Source of the DNA: Propionibacterium freudenreichii subsp. freudenreichii
GTDB lineage: Bacteria; Actinomycetota; Actinomycetes; Propionibacteriales; Propionibacteriaceae
Reading direction: 5' to 3'
Length of the DNA: 32,000 nucleotides
Assembly: GCF_000940845.1 (NCBI RefSeq)
Contig: NZ_CP010341.1
Coordinates: 1,200,001 to 1,232,000, forward strand
The notes under the pieces are model-generated. The model ran no database searches, was not told the DNA's origin, and worked only from the letters and a program-made list of their open reading frames with translations. A program made the position numbers and the translations under genes. Shown piece after piece: positions 12,728 through 21,748 of the stretch (positions are counted from its first letter, which is position 1; each line of letters opens with the position of its first letter).

Positions 12728-12792
12728 TCTGCGGCGCTGCGCTGCACTGACCCGCGTAATGCCCGGGCTGTCCTCGGGCGGAAGGACCCAGC

Positions 12793-13983
12793 ATGCCCAG
12801 GTTGTTCACCTCGGAGTCCGTCACCGAAGGCCACCCCGACAAGGTTGCCGACGCGATCAGTGACGCGGTGCTCGACGAGATGCTCAGTAAGGACCCCTCG
12901 TCGCATACCGCCGTCGAGGTGCTCATCAGCAATGGTGTGGCCGTCGTGGCCGGGGAAGCGACCACCGAGTCATATGTCGATATCGCCGACGTGGCCCGGG
13001 CACGGATGCTCGAGATCGGCTACGACTCGTTCGACAAGGGCCTCGATGGCGCGACCTGTGGCGTCATGGTCGCCCTGAACAACCAGTCGCCGGACATCGC
13101 CCACAGCGTGGAGCACTCCTGGGAAGAACGCAACAACAAGGCCACCGACGACGCCGATCGGCAGGGCGCCGGTGATCAGGGCCTCATGTTCGGCTATGCG
13201 TGCAGGGAAACCCCTGAACTGATGCCGCTGCCCATCCACATGGCCCACCGGCTCGCCCAGCGGCTGGCCGAGGTGCGCCGCACCGGCGTGCTCGGTGACC
13301 TCGGTCCCGACGGCAAGACACAGGTGACCATCGAATATGACGGCCTCAAGCCGGTGCGCGTGGTCAATGTGGTGATCTCCACCCAGCACCTCGAGGGCGT
13401 CGACCTGCAGGAACGTCTCACCCCGGAGATCCGCCAGGAGGTGATTGCCCCGGTGATGGAGGGCTACGACATCGATTCCCGTGAGATGACGACCCTGATC
13501 AATCCCTCGGGCACCTTCGTCATCGGCGGCCCGATGGGCGATGCCGGACTCACCGGTCGGAAGATCATCGTCGACACCTATGGCGGCATGGCCCGCCATG
13601 GCGGGGGAGCGTTCAGCGGCAAGGATCCCTCAAAGGTCGACCGCTCGGGCGCCTATGCCTCCCGCTGGGTGGCCAAGAACATCGTTGCTGCCGGCCTTGC
13701 CCAGCGTTGCGAGGTCCAGGTCAGCTATGCCATCGGGCGGGCCAACCCCACGAGCTTCTATGTCAACACCTTCGGAACCGGCGCGGCACCCGACGATCGC
13801 ATCTGTGATGCCGCGAAGCAGGTCTTCGACCTGCGCCCGCGCACCATCATCGATCAACTCGACCTGAAGCGGCCGATCTTCAGCCAGTTCACCAACTACG
13901 GCCACTTCGGCCGCGAGGTTGCCGATGCGCGATGGGAACTCACCGATCGGGCAGATGCCCTGCTCGCCGCGATGAAGGGCTGA
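12793..13983 (+). CDS. metK: S-adenosylmethionine synthase
   Basis: [81 protein letters not shown] Shine-Dalgarno sequence before ATG. Confidence 0.97.
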   Translation: MPRLFTSESVTEGHPDKVADAISDAVLDEMLSKDPSSHTAVEVLISNGVAVVAGEATTESYVDIADVARARMLEIGYDSFDKGLDGATCGVMVALNNQSPDIAHSVEHSWEERNNKATDDADRQGAGDQGLMFGYACRETPELMPLPIHMAHRLAQRLAEVRRTGVLGDLGPDGKTQVTIEYDGLKPVRVVNVVISTQHLEGVDLQERLTPEIRQEVIAPVMEGYDIDSREMTTLINPSGTFVIGGPMGDAGLTGRKIIVDTYGGMARHGGGAFSGKDPSKVDRSGAYASRWVAKNIVAAGLAQRCEVQVSYAIGRANPTSFYVNTFGTGAAPDDRICDAAKQVFDLRPRTIIDQLDLKRPIFSQFTNYGHFGREVADARWELTDRADALLAAMKG

Positions 13984-14093
13984 CCGTTTCCCGCCGTTCC
14001 CTCCACGTGGTCGCGGCCGATGCGCCGCACCGGCGTGCCCGGCTCGGAATCGCCCGGTGCGGAAATGTCAGTGGCGCCTCCTAGGATCGGGCC

Positions 14094-16115
14094 ATGATGA
14101 CTATCCAGCAGCCGGACGGCGGGGCCGGGACGCATCCCGGGATCGCCCGCCTGGCGCTGGACGTCTACCTGCCCCACCTCGACCGCTTCTTCGATTACTC
14201 GATACCGGACCGACTGGCCCAACAGGTCCAGCTCGGCTGCCGCGTGCGGGCCAGGTTCGCGGGGCGCATGGCCAATGGCTTCGTGGTGGGGTTGCCGGCC
14301 CGGGCAGAGGTGGACAAGCTGTCCCCACTGGACCGCGTCATCTCCCCGGAGCCCGTCCTCCTGGCCCAGCAGGTGCCACTGCTGCGCGCAGTGGCAGATC
14401 ACTATGCAGGCACGTTCGCCGATGTCATGCGCCTTGCCGTGCCCCCGCGTCACGCGGCCACGGAGGCCGCCGAGCAGAACCCATGGCCCGCGCCCGACGC
14501 CCGCGACGTCCCCGGTGGGGGACTCACCGAAGTGGATGACGGCCGCCGGTTCCTTGACGCGGTCGGCCAATCACGTCCGGTGAGGGCCCATTGGTGCGCC
14601 CTGCCCAGGTGGCGAAGCGATGAATCCGGACTCGACGACTGGACACGCGGATTCGTCCAGGCCGTTGGCGCCGCCGTGGGGGCCGGCCATGGCGCGCTGG
14701 TGATCGTTCCCGACGTTGACCGGGTGCGTCGGATGCGTGACGTGCTGCGGGCGGTGCTCGGCCCCGGTTGCGTCGCCGAGCTGCACTCCGAGCTGGGGCC
14801 GGCCGCCCGTTACCGGAACTACCTGGCCGTGTCGCGCGGCCAGGCCCGCGTCCTGGTGGGCACCCGGGGGGCCAGCTATGCGCCGGTTCACGACCTGGGA
14901 GTGATCTGCTTGTGGGATGACGGCGACGACCTGCTGTCCGAGCCACGAGCGCCCTATCCGCATGCCCGCGATGTCGCGGCACTGCGGGCAACCCAGGAGT
15001 CCTGCGCGCTGTTGTTCGGTTCCTATGCCCGCACCGCCGAGATGCAGGCGTGGGTGTCGACCGGTTGGCTTGTCCCCCTGGGCCTGGCCCCGGCCCGGAC
15101 CCGACGCCTTGCCCCACCGGTGCGCGCCGCCGTCGACTCCGACATCGACCTGCAACGTGACCCGATGGCTGCGGCCGCACGCGTCCCGAAGGAGGCATTC
15201 GAGACCATCCGTACCGGTCTGCTCTCCGGGCCGGTCCTGGTGCAGGTTCCGCGCGCCGGCTATCTGGTGGCGCTGAGCTGTCAGCGGTGCCGCACGCCGG
15301 TGCGGTGCCCCACCTGCGGGGGGCCGGTTGGGGCCGACCGGCTGGGTGCGGGCCAACGGCGACTGACCTGTCGATGGTGCGGACGCAGCCTCAACAACTG
15401 GTCGTGTCCCGTGTGTGGCAGTCGGGAACTGCGGGCCCCGGTGGTGGGGTCCCAGCGCACTGCGGAGGAGCTCGGCCGGGCGTTCCCGAGCTTTCGGCTG
15501 GTCAGCAGCTCCGCGCAGAAGGTCGTCGACCAGGTGGGTACCACACCGGCCCTGGTGGTGGCCACCCCGGGTGCCGAGCCGCGGCCCGAGGCCGGCTATT
15601 CCGCCGCCGTCCTGCTCGATGCCGGCCTCATGCTGACCCGCGCTGACCTGAGGGCGGCCGAGGAGTCCTATCGCCGCTGGCTCACGGTGGTCTCCCTGGT
15701 GCGTTCCGGCGACCATGGTGGCACCGTCAGCGTGGTGGGGCCCGCCGAGGAGCGCACCGTGCAGGCCCTAGTGCGCCTCGACCCGGCCGGCTTCGCCGAG
15801 CGGGAACTGTCTGATCGGCAGGCAGCGGGATTTCCGCCGGCGGTCAGGATGGTGGCCGTGGAGGCCGATGAGAAGACCTTGGCCGACTTCCGCTCCGTGG
15901 TCGAATGGCCCTCCGACGCCCAGGAACTTGGTCCTGTGCCAATCGCCGATTCCACCCCGGGATCCACCGAACAACTGTGGCGACTCATGGTGCGCATCGA
16001 CCGGACCATGGGCGGTGAACTGATCGTTGCGGCCCGACGGGCGCTGTCGATCCGCAGCGCCAGGAAGCGACCGGGCGCAGTGCGGGTGCGTGTCGATCCG
16101 ATCGAGTTGTTCTGA
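14094..16115 (+). CDS. priA: Primosomal protein N' (PriA), variant with degenerate helicase motifs I/II
   Basis: The N-terminal 3'-DNA-binding region (DVYLPHLDRFFDYSIP...GCRVRARFAGRMANGFVVG) and the Cys-rich zinc region (CQRCRTPVRCPTCGG...CRWCGRSLNNWSCPVCGS) are PriA-typical. There is no GxGKT/S anywhere. WDDGDD sits where DEEH is expected. Confidence 0.85.
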   Translation: MMTIQQPDGGAGTHPGIARLALDVYLPHLDRFFDYSIPDRLAQQVQLGCRVRARFAGRMANGFVVGLPARAEVDKLSPLDRVISPEPVLLAQQVPLLRAVADHYAGTFADVMRLAVPPRHAATEAAEQNPWPAPDARDVPGGGLTEVDDGRRFLDAVGQSRPVRAHWCALPRWRSDESGLDDWTRGFVQAVGAAVGAGHGALVIVPDVDRVRRMRDVLRAVLGPGCVAELHSELGPAARYRNYLAVSRGQARVLVGTRGASYAPVHDLGVICLWDDGDDLLSEPRAPYPHARDVAALRATQESCALLFGSYARTAEMQAWVSTGWLVPLGLAPARTRRLAPPVRAAVDSDIDLQRDPMAAAARVPKEAFETIRTGLLSGPVLVQVPRAGYLVALSCQRCRTPVRCPTCGGPVGADRLGAGQRRLTCRWCGRSLNNWSCPVCGSRELRAPVVGSQRTAEELGRAFPSFRLVSSSAQKVVDQVGTTPALVVATPGAEPRPEAGYSAAVLLDAGLMLTRADLRAAEESYRRWLTVVSLVRSGDHGGTVSVVGPAEERTVQALVRLDPAGFAERELSDRQAAGFPPAVRMVAVEADEKTLADFRSVVEWPSDAQELGPVPIADSTPGSTEQLWRLMVRIDRTMGGELIVAARRALSIRSARKRPGAVRVRVDPIELF

Positions 16116-16192
16116 GCCACCCGACGGCCACCAGAGTGCTTCCACCCGGCTCGGTAGTCTTGACCCTTGCCAACAACGAAAGGCTTCAACGG

Positions 16193-17140
16193 ATGCGGAT
16201 TGTCTTCGCCGGAACACCGGACCTGGCGGTACCGAGCCTGCGTGCCCTGTCCCGCGCCGGTCACGAGATCGCGGCGGTGGTGACGCGTCCCGATGCACGC
16301 TCCGGACGGGGTAAGCAGCTGGTCTCCTCGCCCGTCGCCCGGGCCGCCGAGGAGATGGGCATCGCGGTGCTGAAACCGGAGCATCCCCGCGACCCCGGGT
16401 TCGCCGACCAACTCGCCCGGCTTTCCCCCCGGGCCTGCGCCGTCGTCGCGTACGGGGGACTGCTGCCGCAGTCGTTGCTCGATCTGGTTCCCGACGGATG
16501 GATCAACCTGCACTTCTCCCTGTTGCCGGCATGGCGTGGCGCCGCACCGGTACAGCGGGCATTGATGGCCGGTGACACGCAGACCGGCGTCACCACCTTC
16601 CGCATCGTGAAGAAACTCGATGCCGGACCCCTCTATCGTTCCGTGCGGGTTCCGATCGGCCCCGATGAGACGGCAGGCGAGCTCCTCGACCGACTGTCGG
16701 TGATCGGCGCGGACGTGCTCGTGGAGACCTTTGCCGACATCACCGCAGGCCTCGAACCGGTTGAACAGGACGACGACGGGGTGAGCATCGCCGCCAAGGT
16801 CAGCGTGGATGATGCCCGGATCGACTGGCGCCAGCCCGCGACGCGCATCGTCAACCTGGTTCGCGGGACCAACCCGGCCCCCGGGGCATGGTCGGTCCTG
16901 TCGGGCCGCCACTTCAAGGTATTGCGCGTGGCGCCGGCCGGCGACACGGGTGCCGGCACGGCGCTGCTGCCCGGGGAGCTGCGCGCCACGAACAAGCACC
17001 TGTGGGTGGGCTGCGGTGACGGTGCAGTGGAACTGATCCAAGTGCGTGACTTCGGCAAGAAGTCGATGTCGGGCGCCGATTGGGCGCGCGGGGCACGACC
17101 AACTCCCGGTATCCGATTCGAGGCGGCAGACCATGAGTGA
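16193..17140 (+). CDS. fmt: Methionyl-tRNA formyltransferase
   Basis: ORF 16136..17140. The homologous start MRIVFAGTPDLAVPSL is ATG 16193, with GAAAGG upstream. NLHFSLLPAWRGAAPVQRA motif. Confidence 0.92.
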   Translation: MRIVFAGTPDLAVPSLRALSRAGHEIAAVVTRPDARSGRGKQLVSSPVARAAEEMGIAVLKPEHPRDPGFADQLARLSPRACAVVAYGGLLPQSLLDLVPDGWINLHFSLLPAWRGAAPVQRALMAGDTQTGVTTFRIVKKLDAGPLYRSVRVPIGPDETAGELLDRLSVIGADVLVETFADITAGLEPVEQDDDGVSIAAKVSVDDARIDWRQPATRIVNLVRGTNPAPGAWSVLSGRHFKVLRVAPAGDTGAGTALLPGELRATNKHLWVGCGDGAVELIQVRDFGKKSMSGADWARGARPTPGIRFEAADHE

Positions 17141-18602
17141 GCAACGACACAGCGACCACAGGGCGGCGGGCCGGGATTCTGGTCGCGCCCGCGACAGGTC
17201 CGCGGGGGACCGGCGCAGGCCCTCGACGGACCGCCCCGGAGCCCGACGCGAATTCAATCGCGATGGAACTCCGCGCCGCCCGATGGACCGGCCCCGGCGC
17301 ACGGCGTTCGAGATCCTGCGTGAGGTTGATCGGCGGGGCGCCTATGCGAACCTTGCCACCCGTCAGGCCATCAACGACCAGGAACTCACCGGGCGCGACG
17401 CGGCCTTCGTCACCGAACTGGCCTACGGCACCTGTCGGATGCTGGGCACCTATGACGCGATCCTGGCGCAGGCCTCCGGCCGGGATCTCAACGACCTGCA
17501 GCCCGACATCGTGGATGCCCTGCGGCTGGGCGCCCACCAGCTGCTGGGCATGCGCATCCCCGACCGGGCCGCAGTGGACACCACCGTCGACCTGGCCGCC
17601 ATCGTGGTGGGGGAGCGCGTGGCCGGCCTGGCGAACGCCATCATGCGCAAGGTCGCCGCGCATGACCTGGAGGCCTGGTGCCGCCAACTCGCCTACGACG
17701 AGCAGGACTTCCGCTGCCTGGTGAGCGGGCACCCGGACTGGATCGTGGACGCCTACCAGGACCTGCTCCCCACCGAGGAAGTGGACGCCGCCCTGGCCGC
17801 CGACAATATTGCCCCCGTTCCAACGCTGGTCGTGCGGCCGGGCCTGTACAAGCGCAAGGACCTCCTACGTGACGGCGGTGACCCGACGCGGTGGTCGCCG
17901 TGGGGAGTCATCCGACCGGGCAACCCCGGCGACCTGGGCGCCGTCCGCGACGGTCGCGCCGGTGTGCAGGACGAGGGCAGCCAACTCATCTGCCTGGCCG
18001 CCACCAGGGCCGACATCCCCCGCGACCTGCCCTGGCTGGACATGTGCGCGGGCCCGGGAGGCAAGTCCGCCCTGTTGCGGGGGATGGCACCTGAGCACGG
18101 TGCCTTCCTCACCGCCAGTGAGGTTCAGCCGCACCGCGCCCACCTCGTCGCCCAGTCCCTGCGGCGCTATCCCGCCGAGGGGCATGAGACCATCTGCGCC
18201 GATGGCACCGCACCCGCCTGGCAGCGCGATTCCTTCGGCCTGGTGATGGCCGATGTGCCCTGTTCGGGACTCGGTGCCCTGCGTCGGCGTCCCGACGCGC
18301 GCTGGCGCAAGGACGTTGACGACCTGGTCGAGCTCGGCGACCTGCAGCGCTCCCTGCTGTCCAGCGCCCTGGATGCCTGCCGGCCCGGGGGCGTGGTGGC
18401 CTATGTCACCTGCTCGCCGCACCGCATGGAGTCCGCCGATATCGTCCTGGCCGACACCTCCCGCTTCGAGATCCTCGACGCGCCCGCGCTCATCCCCGAG
18501 GTGCCGGGGGCCGCCGCGTCCACCGATGCACGGTTCATCCAGCTGTGGCCACATCGCCACGGCACGGATGCCATGTTCATGGCCCTGCTGCGCAAGCGCT
18601 GA
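17133..18602 (+). CDS. rsmB: 16S rRNA (cytosine-C5) methyltransferase RsmB/Sun (Fmu)
   Basis: NusB-like N-domain (RRTAFEILREVDRRGAYANL...DAAFVTELAYGTCR), SAM-MTase core (DMCAGPGGKSALL, DVPCSGLGALRRRPDARW, YVTCSP) and C-terminal LWPHRHGTDAMF. Start chosen at ATG 17133, overlapping the fmt end by 8 nt. ATG 17046 would overlap fmt by 95 nt. Confidence 0.85.
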   Translation: MSEQRHSDHRAAGRDSGRARDRSAGDRRRPSTDRPGARREFNRDGTPRRPMDRPRRTAFEILREVDRRGAYANLATRQAINDQELTGRDAAFVTELAYGTCRMLGTYDAILAQASGRDLNDLQPDIVDALRLGAHQLLGMRIPDRAAVDTTVDLAAIVVGERVAGLANAIMRKVAAHDLEAWCRQLAYDEQDFRCLVSGHPDWIVDAYQDLLPTEEVDAALAADNIAPVPTLVVRPGLYKRKDLLRDGGDPTRWSPWGVIRPGNPGDLGAVRDGRAGVQDEGSQLICLAATRADIPRDLPWLDMCAGPGGKSALLRGMAPEHGAFLTASEVQPHRAHLVAQSLRRYPAEGHETICADGTAPAWQRDSFGLVMADVPCSGLGALRRRPDARWRKDVDDLVELGDLQRSLLSSALDACRPGGVVAYVTCSPHRMESADIVLADTSRFEILDAPALIPEVPGAAASTDARFIQLWPHRHGTDAMFMALLRKR

Positions 18603-18636
18603 GACCCCCGCCAATCCCTAGACTGAAAGCGTGTCC

Positions 18637-19299
18637 ATGCGTATTACCCCCAGTGTCCTCAATGCCGATCTGGCCGACCTCGCCGGCGAGGTCGCCCGCA
18701 TCCCCAGCGCCGATGCGGTGCACATCGACGTGATGGACAACCATTTCGTGCCGAACCTGACGCTGGGCCTGCCGGTGGTGTCCTCGCTGCAGCGCCACAC
18801 CAAGCTGCCCTTCGACATCCACCTGATGATCGAGGATGCCGACAGCTGGGCCCCGCAGTACGCCGAGGCCGGGTGTGAGTCGGTGACCTTCCACGCCGAG
18901 GCGACCTCGGCGCCGGTGCGCCTGGCGCGTGAGATTCGTCGCCTGGGATCGGCGGCATCGCTGGCCCTGCGCCCTGCCACGCCCATCGAGCCCTTCGCCG
19001 ATCTCATCGCCGAATTCGACCAGGTGCTCATCATGACCGTCGAGCCGGGCTTCGGTGGCCAGAAGTTCCTCGACATCATGCTGCCCAAGATCCGCCGCAC
19101 CCGCGCCATTGCCGCGGCCAGCGGTGTGGAACTCGCCATCCAGGTCGATGGGGGCGTCAGCGTCGACACGATCGGTCGATGCGCCGAGGCGGGTGCGGAT
19201 GTCTTCGTGGCCGGGACCGCCGTCTTCCGGGCAACCGATCCCGACGAGATGGTCACCACGCTGCGGCAGACCGCGATGCAGGCCGCCCACAGCCACTGA
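18637..19299 (+). CDS. rpe: Ribulose-phosphate 3-epimerase
   Basis: [19 protein letters not shown]...[43 protein letters not shown] 18637 lies 8 nt after GAAAG. GTG 18631 is the alternative. Confidence 0.93.
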   Translation: MRITPSVLNADLADLAGEVARIPSADAVHIDVMDNHFVPNLTLGLPVVSSLQRHTKLPFDIHLMIEDADSWAPQYAEAGCESVTFHAEATSAPVRLAREIRRLGSAASLALRPATPIEPFADLIAEFDQVLIMTVEPGFGGQKFLDIMLPKIRRTRAIAAASGVELAIQVDGGVSVDTIGRCAEAGADVFVAGTAVFRATDPDEMVTTLRQTAMQAAHSH

Positions 19300-19358
19300 G
19301 TGGCGTCCCGGCTGCCGGTGGGCTGGCCTTTTCCGCGGTCTCGGATAGCCTGAAGTTC

Positions 19359-20690
19359 GTGACATCACCGAACTCTGAATTCAGTCTTGACCGCTACGCA
19401 GACCTCACGGCACGGTTCACCGCCGATCCCACCGCACGGGTGGCGCAGAACGCGGTTTCGACCACCAACGCCGACAAGCTGAGCCTTGACCGCCAAGTGC
19501 TCACCTCGATCGACACCTCGGTGTCGGACAAGGTGGACACCTGGAAGGTCTCCAATCAGAAGCAGAGCGGGCGCTGCTGGCTGTTCAGCGGGTTGAACCT
19601 GCTGCGCAGCCACCTGATCAACGACCTGAAGCTGACCCCCGACTTCGAACTCAGCCAGAACTACCTGCACTTCTTTGACAAGCTCGAGAAGGCCAACTGG
19701 TTCCTGGCGTCGATGGCCGAGATGTCCGATCGCGACATCGACGATCGCACCGTGCACCAGATGCTCTCCGACCCGATCAGCGATGGCGGCCAGTGGGACA
19801 TGTTCGTGTCGCTGGTCAACAAATATGGCGTCGTACCGAAGTACGCAATGCCCGAGACGGACTCCAGCTCGAGCACGCGGGTGATGAACCGACGCCTTGA
19901 GGAAATCCTGCGGCGCGGGGCGCTCATCGTGCGTGGGGCAGCGGACCGCGGCCAGGCTGATGCGGCGCGCGAATCGATTCTCACGCAGGTCCACCGCGTG
20001 CTGTCAATCCACCTGGGCACGCCCCCGGCGAGCTTCCTGTGGCAGTACCGCGACAAGGACAATGCCTTCACCCGCGTGGGCCAGCTCACCCCGCGTGAGT
20101 TCGCCGACACGGTCGTCCCCATCAACCTGGACGACTTCGTCTGCCTGGTCAACGATCCCCGCACGAGCTCCGGATTCAACACCATGCTCACGGTTGACCA
20201 CCTGGGAAATGTCGTCGGTGGACGCCCGATCCGCTATCTCAATGTGGAGATCGACGCCATCAAGAAGATCACGATTGATCAGATCCGCGCCGGCCACCCG
20301 GTGTGGTTCGGCTGCGATGTGCTGCCCCAGTTCGATCGCGATATCGGCTACTGGGACCTCCATCTCCACGATTATGAGGGTCTGTACGGCATCGATATGG
20401 ACACCACCAAGGCCGATCGGATGGTCAGTGGGGCATCGGCCATGACCCACGCCATGATGTTCACCGGGGTTGACCTGCTGGACGACGCGCCCCGTCGCTG
20501 GCGCGTGGAGAACTCGTGGGGCGATGACCACGCCGACAAGGGCTTCTTCACCATGAACGATTCCTGGTTCGACCAGTACGTGTTCGAGGTGGCCGTGCCG
20601 AAGGCCTCACTGGACCAGTCATTGCGCGACACACTGGCCACCGAGCCGAAGGTGCTGCCGTTGTGGGACCCCATGGGTGCCCTGGCCTGA
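19359..20690 (+). CDS. pepC: Aminopeptidase C (bleomycin-hydrolase type cysteine peptidase, family C1B)
   Basis: ORF 19179..20690. NQKQSGRCWLFSGLN (catalytic Cys), THAMMFTGVD (His), ENSWG (Asn), C-terminal PLWDPMGALA. GTG 19359 gives an N-terminus collinear with lactococcal PepC as I recall it. The upstream part of the ORF overlaps rpe. Confidence 0.85.
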   Translation: MTSPNSEFSLDRYADLTARFTADPTARVAQNAVSTTNADKLSLDRQVLTSIDTSVSDKVDTWKVSNQKQSGRCWLFSGLNLLRSHLINDLKLTPDFELSQNYLHFFDKLEKANWFLASMAEMSDRDIDDRTVHQMLSDPISDGGQWDMFVSLVNKYGVVPKYAMPETDSSSSTRVMNRRLEEILRRGALIVRGAADRGQADAARESILTQVHRVLSIHLGTPPASFLWQYRDKDNAFTRVGQLTPREFADTVVPINLDDFVCLVNDPRTSSGFNTMLTVDHLGNVVGGRPIRYLNVEIDAIKKITIDQIRAGHPVWFGCDVLPQFDRDIGYWDLHLHDYEGLYGIDMDTTKADRMVSGASAMTHAMMFTGVDLLDDAPRRWRVENSWGDDHADKGFFTMNDSWFDQYVFEVAVPKASLDQSLRDTLATEPKVLPLWDPMGALA

Positions 20691-20705
20691 GCACCGCCCG
20701 GAGCC

Positions 20706-20753
20706 ACATGTGAAGGAGGGCCTCCCCTTGTGGGGAGGCCCTCCTTCACATGT
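20706..20753. terminator. Perfect 22-bp-stem palindrome between convergent pepC and the PAC2 gene (candidate bidirectional terminator)
   Basis: ACATGTGAAGGAGGGCCTCCCC (20706-20727), loop TTGT, GGGGAGGCCCTCCTTCACATGT (20732-20753); exact reverse complements. It lies 16 nt after the pepC stop and 38 nt before the PAC2 stop. A second small hairpin CCCGGC-AGT-GCCGGG follows at about 20769-20783. Confidence 0.6.
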
Positions 20754-20790
20754 TCACGCTCGCCCGCATCCCGGCAGTGCCGGGCCGGCG

Positions 20791-21621
20791 TCAGCGGGTG
20801 CGCCGGTGCCTCAGATACCGCTGGAAGTCGGCGGCCAACGCGTCACCCGTGCTGCCGGGTAGCTGCTCGGCGTCCTGCTGCTCCTCCAGGCCCTGGATGT
20901 ATTCGGCCACGTCGGGATCCTCATCGGCCAGCTCGTCGACGCCACGCTGCCACGCCCTGGTGAGTTCGGGCAGGTCGCCCAGGTCAATGGCCTCGTCGAG
21001 GAGGTCCTCGACCCGGCCCAGCAACGCCAACGTCGCCTTCGGGTTGGGTGAACCCGAGACATAGTGCGGAACCGACGCCCACAGGCTCACGCACTCCAGA
21101 CGCTGCTTGCGGCATTCGTCGGCCAGCGCGCTGACAATGCCCGTCGGCCCCTCATACTGGCTCGGCTCGATGCCCAGGCCGGCAATGATCCGATTGTCCG
21201 ACGATGAGGCATTCACCGGCAGGGGACGCGAATGCGGACTGTCGGTGAGCATCGCGCCGAGGATGATGACCATCGTCGGGTTGCAGGCCCGGAACGTCGA
21301 CACCAGGATGCGGCAGAAGCTGCGCCACCGAAGGTTCGGCTCGGGTCCGGAGATCGCCACCAGATCACGATGGGGCATGTGGACCACGGACATGCGGATC
21401 GTCGGCCAGCGCAACGTCGACCGGCCATTGACCATCTCGACCTTCGGTCGGGTGGTCTGGAAATCGTAGTAGTCCTCGCTGTCGAGCTCCCAGATGAGAT
21501 CGGTCGGATAGGTGTCGGTCAGGTGATTGACCACCTCTGAGGCAGCGTCGGCGGCGTCATTCCAACCCTCGAAGGCGGCGATCACCACCGGATCGCGCAA
21601 GGTGCTCCACGTGTCTGCCAT
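20791..21621 (-). CDS. PAC2 (proteasome assembly chaperone 2-like) family protein
   Basis: 276 aa. VVIAAFEGWNDAADAAS...DYYDF...RP...GPEPNLRWRSF...ILGAMLTDSPHSRP...YEGPTGI...LWASVPHY is the actinobacterial PAC2/DUF75 pattern. It is divergent from metH, as for Rv2125/metH in M. tuberculosis (from memory). Confidence 0.75.
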   Translation of the reverse strand: MADTWSTLRDPVVIAAFEGWNDAADAASEVVNHLTDTYPTDLIWELDSEDYYDFQTTRPKVEMVNGRSTLRWPTIRMSVVHMPHRDLVAISGPEPNLRWRSFCRILVSTFRACNPTMVIILGAMLTDSPHSRPLPVNASSSDNRIIAGLGIEPSQYEGPTGIVSALADECRKQRLECVSLWASVPHYVSGSPNPKATLALLGRVEDLLDEAIDLGDLPELTRAWQRGVDELADEDPDVAEYIQGLEEQQDAEQLPGSTGDALAADFQRYLRHRRTR

Positions 21622-21748
21622 GCGCCAAGACTAGTTCGACACGACACAGGGTCGCACCGCCCGCCAACCGGCGGCGTTTCGCCACCAGCGCCACGTCCAC
21701 GGCCGGGACCGGACCGGGCACCACGCGCCACCGTCTAGGCTGGGCGCC

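Noticed and set aside
14025-14062. Inverted repeat CCGCACCGG ... CCGGTGCGG after metK as a terminator, and its 9-mer shared with the tandem repeat unit
   Set aside because: It has a 9-bp stem with a 20-nt loop and no U-tract, so it is weak. The shared CCGCACCGG 9-mer is GC-rich and short enough to be coincidence.
21622-21748. Riboswitch (B12, SAM or SAH) in the PAC2-metH divergent spacer, and likewise in the 65-bp region upstream of metK
   Set aside because: I could not recognise any conserved riboswitch core (no B12-box-like sequence, no SAM-type helices). The spacers are short (127 and 65 bp). A covariance-model scan would be needed to be sure.
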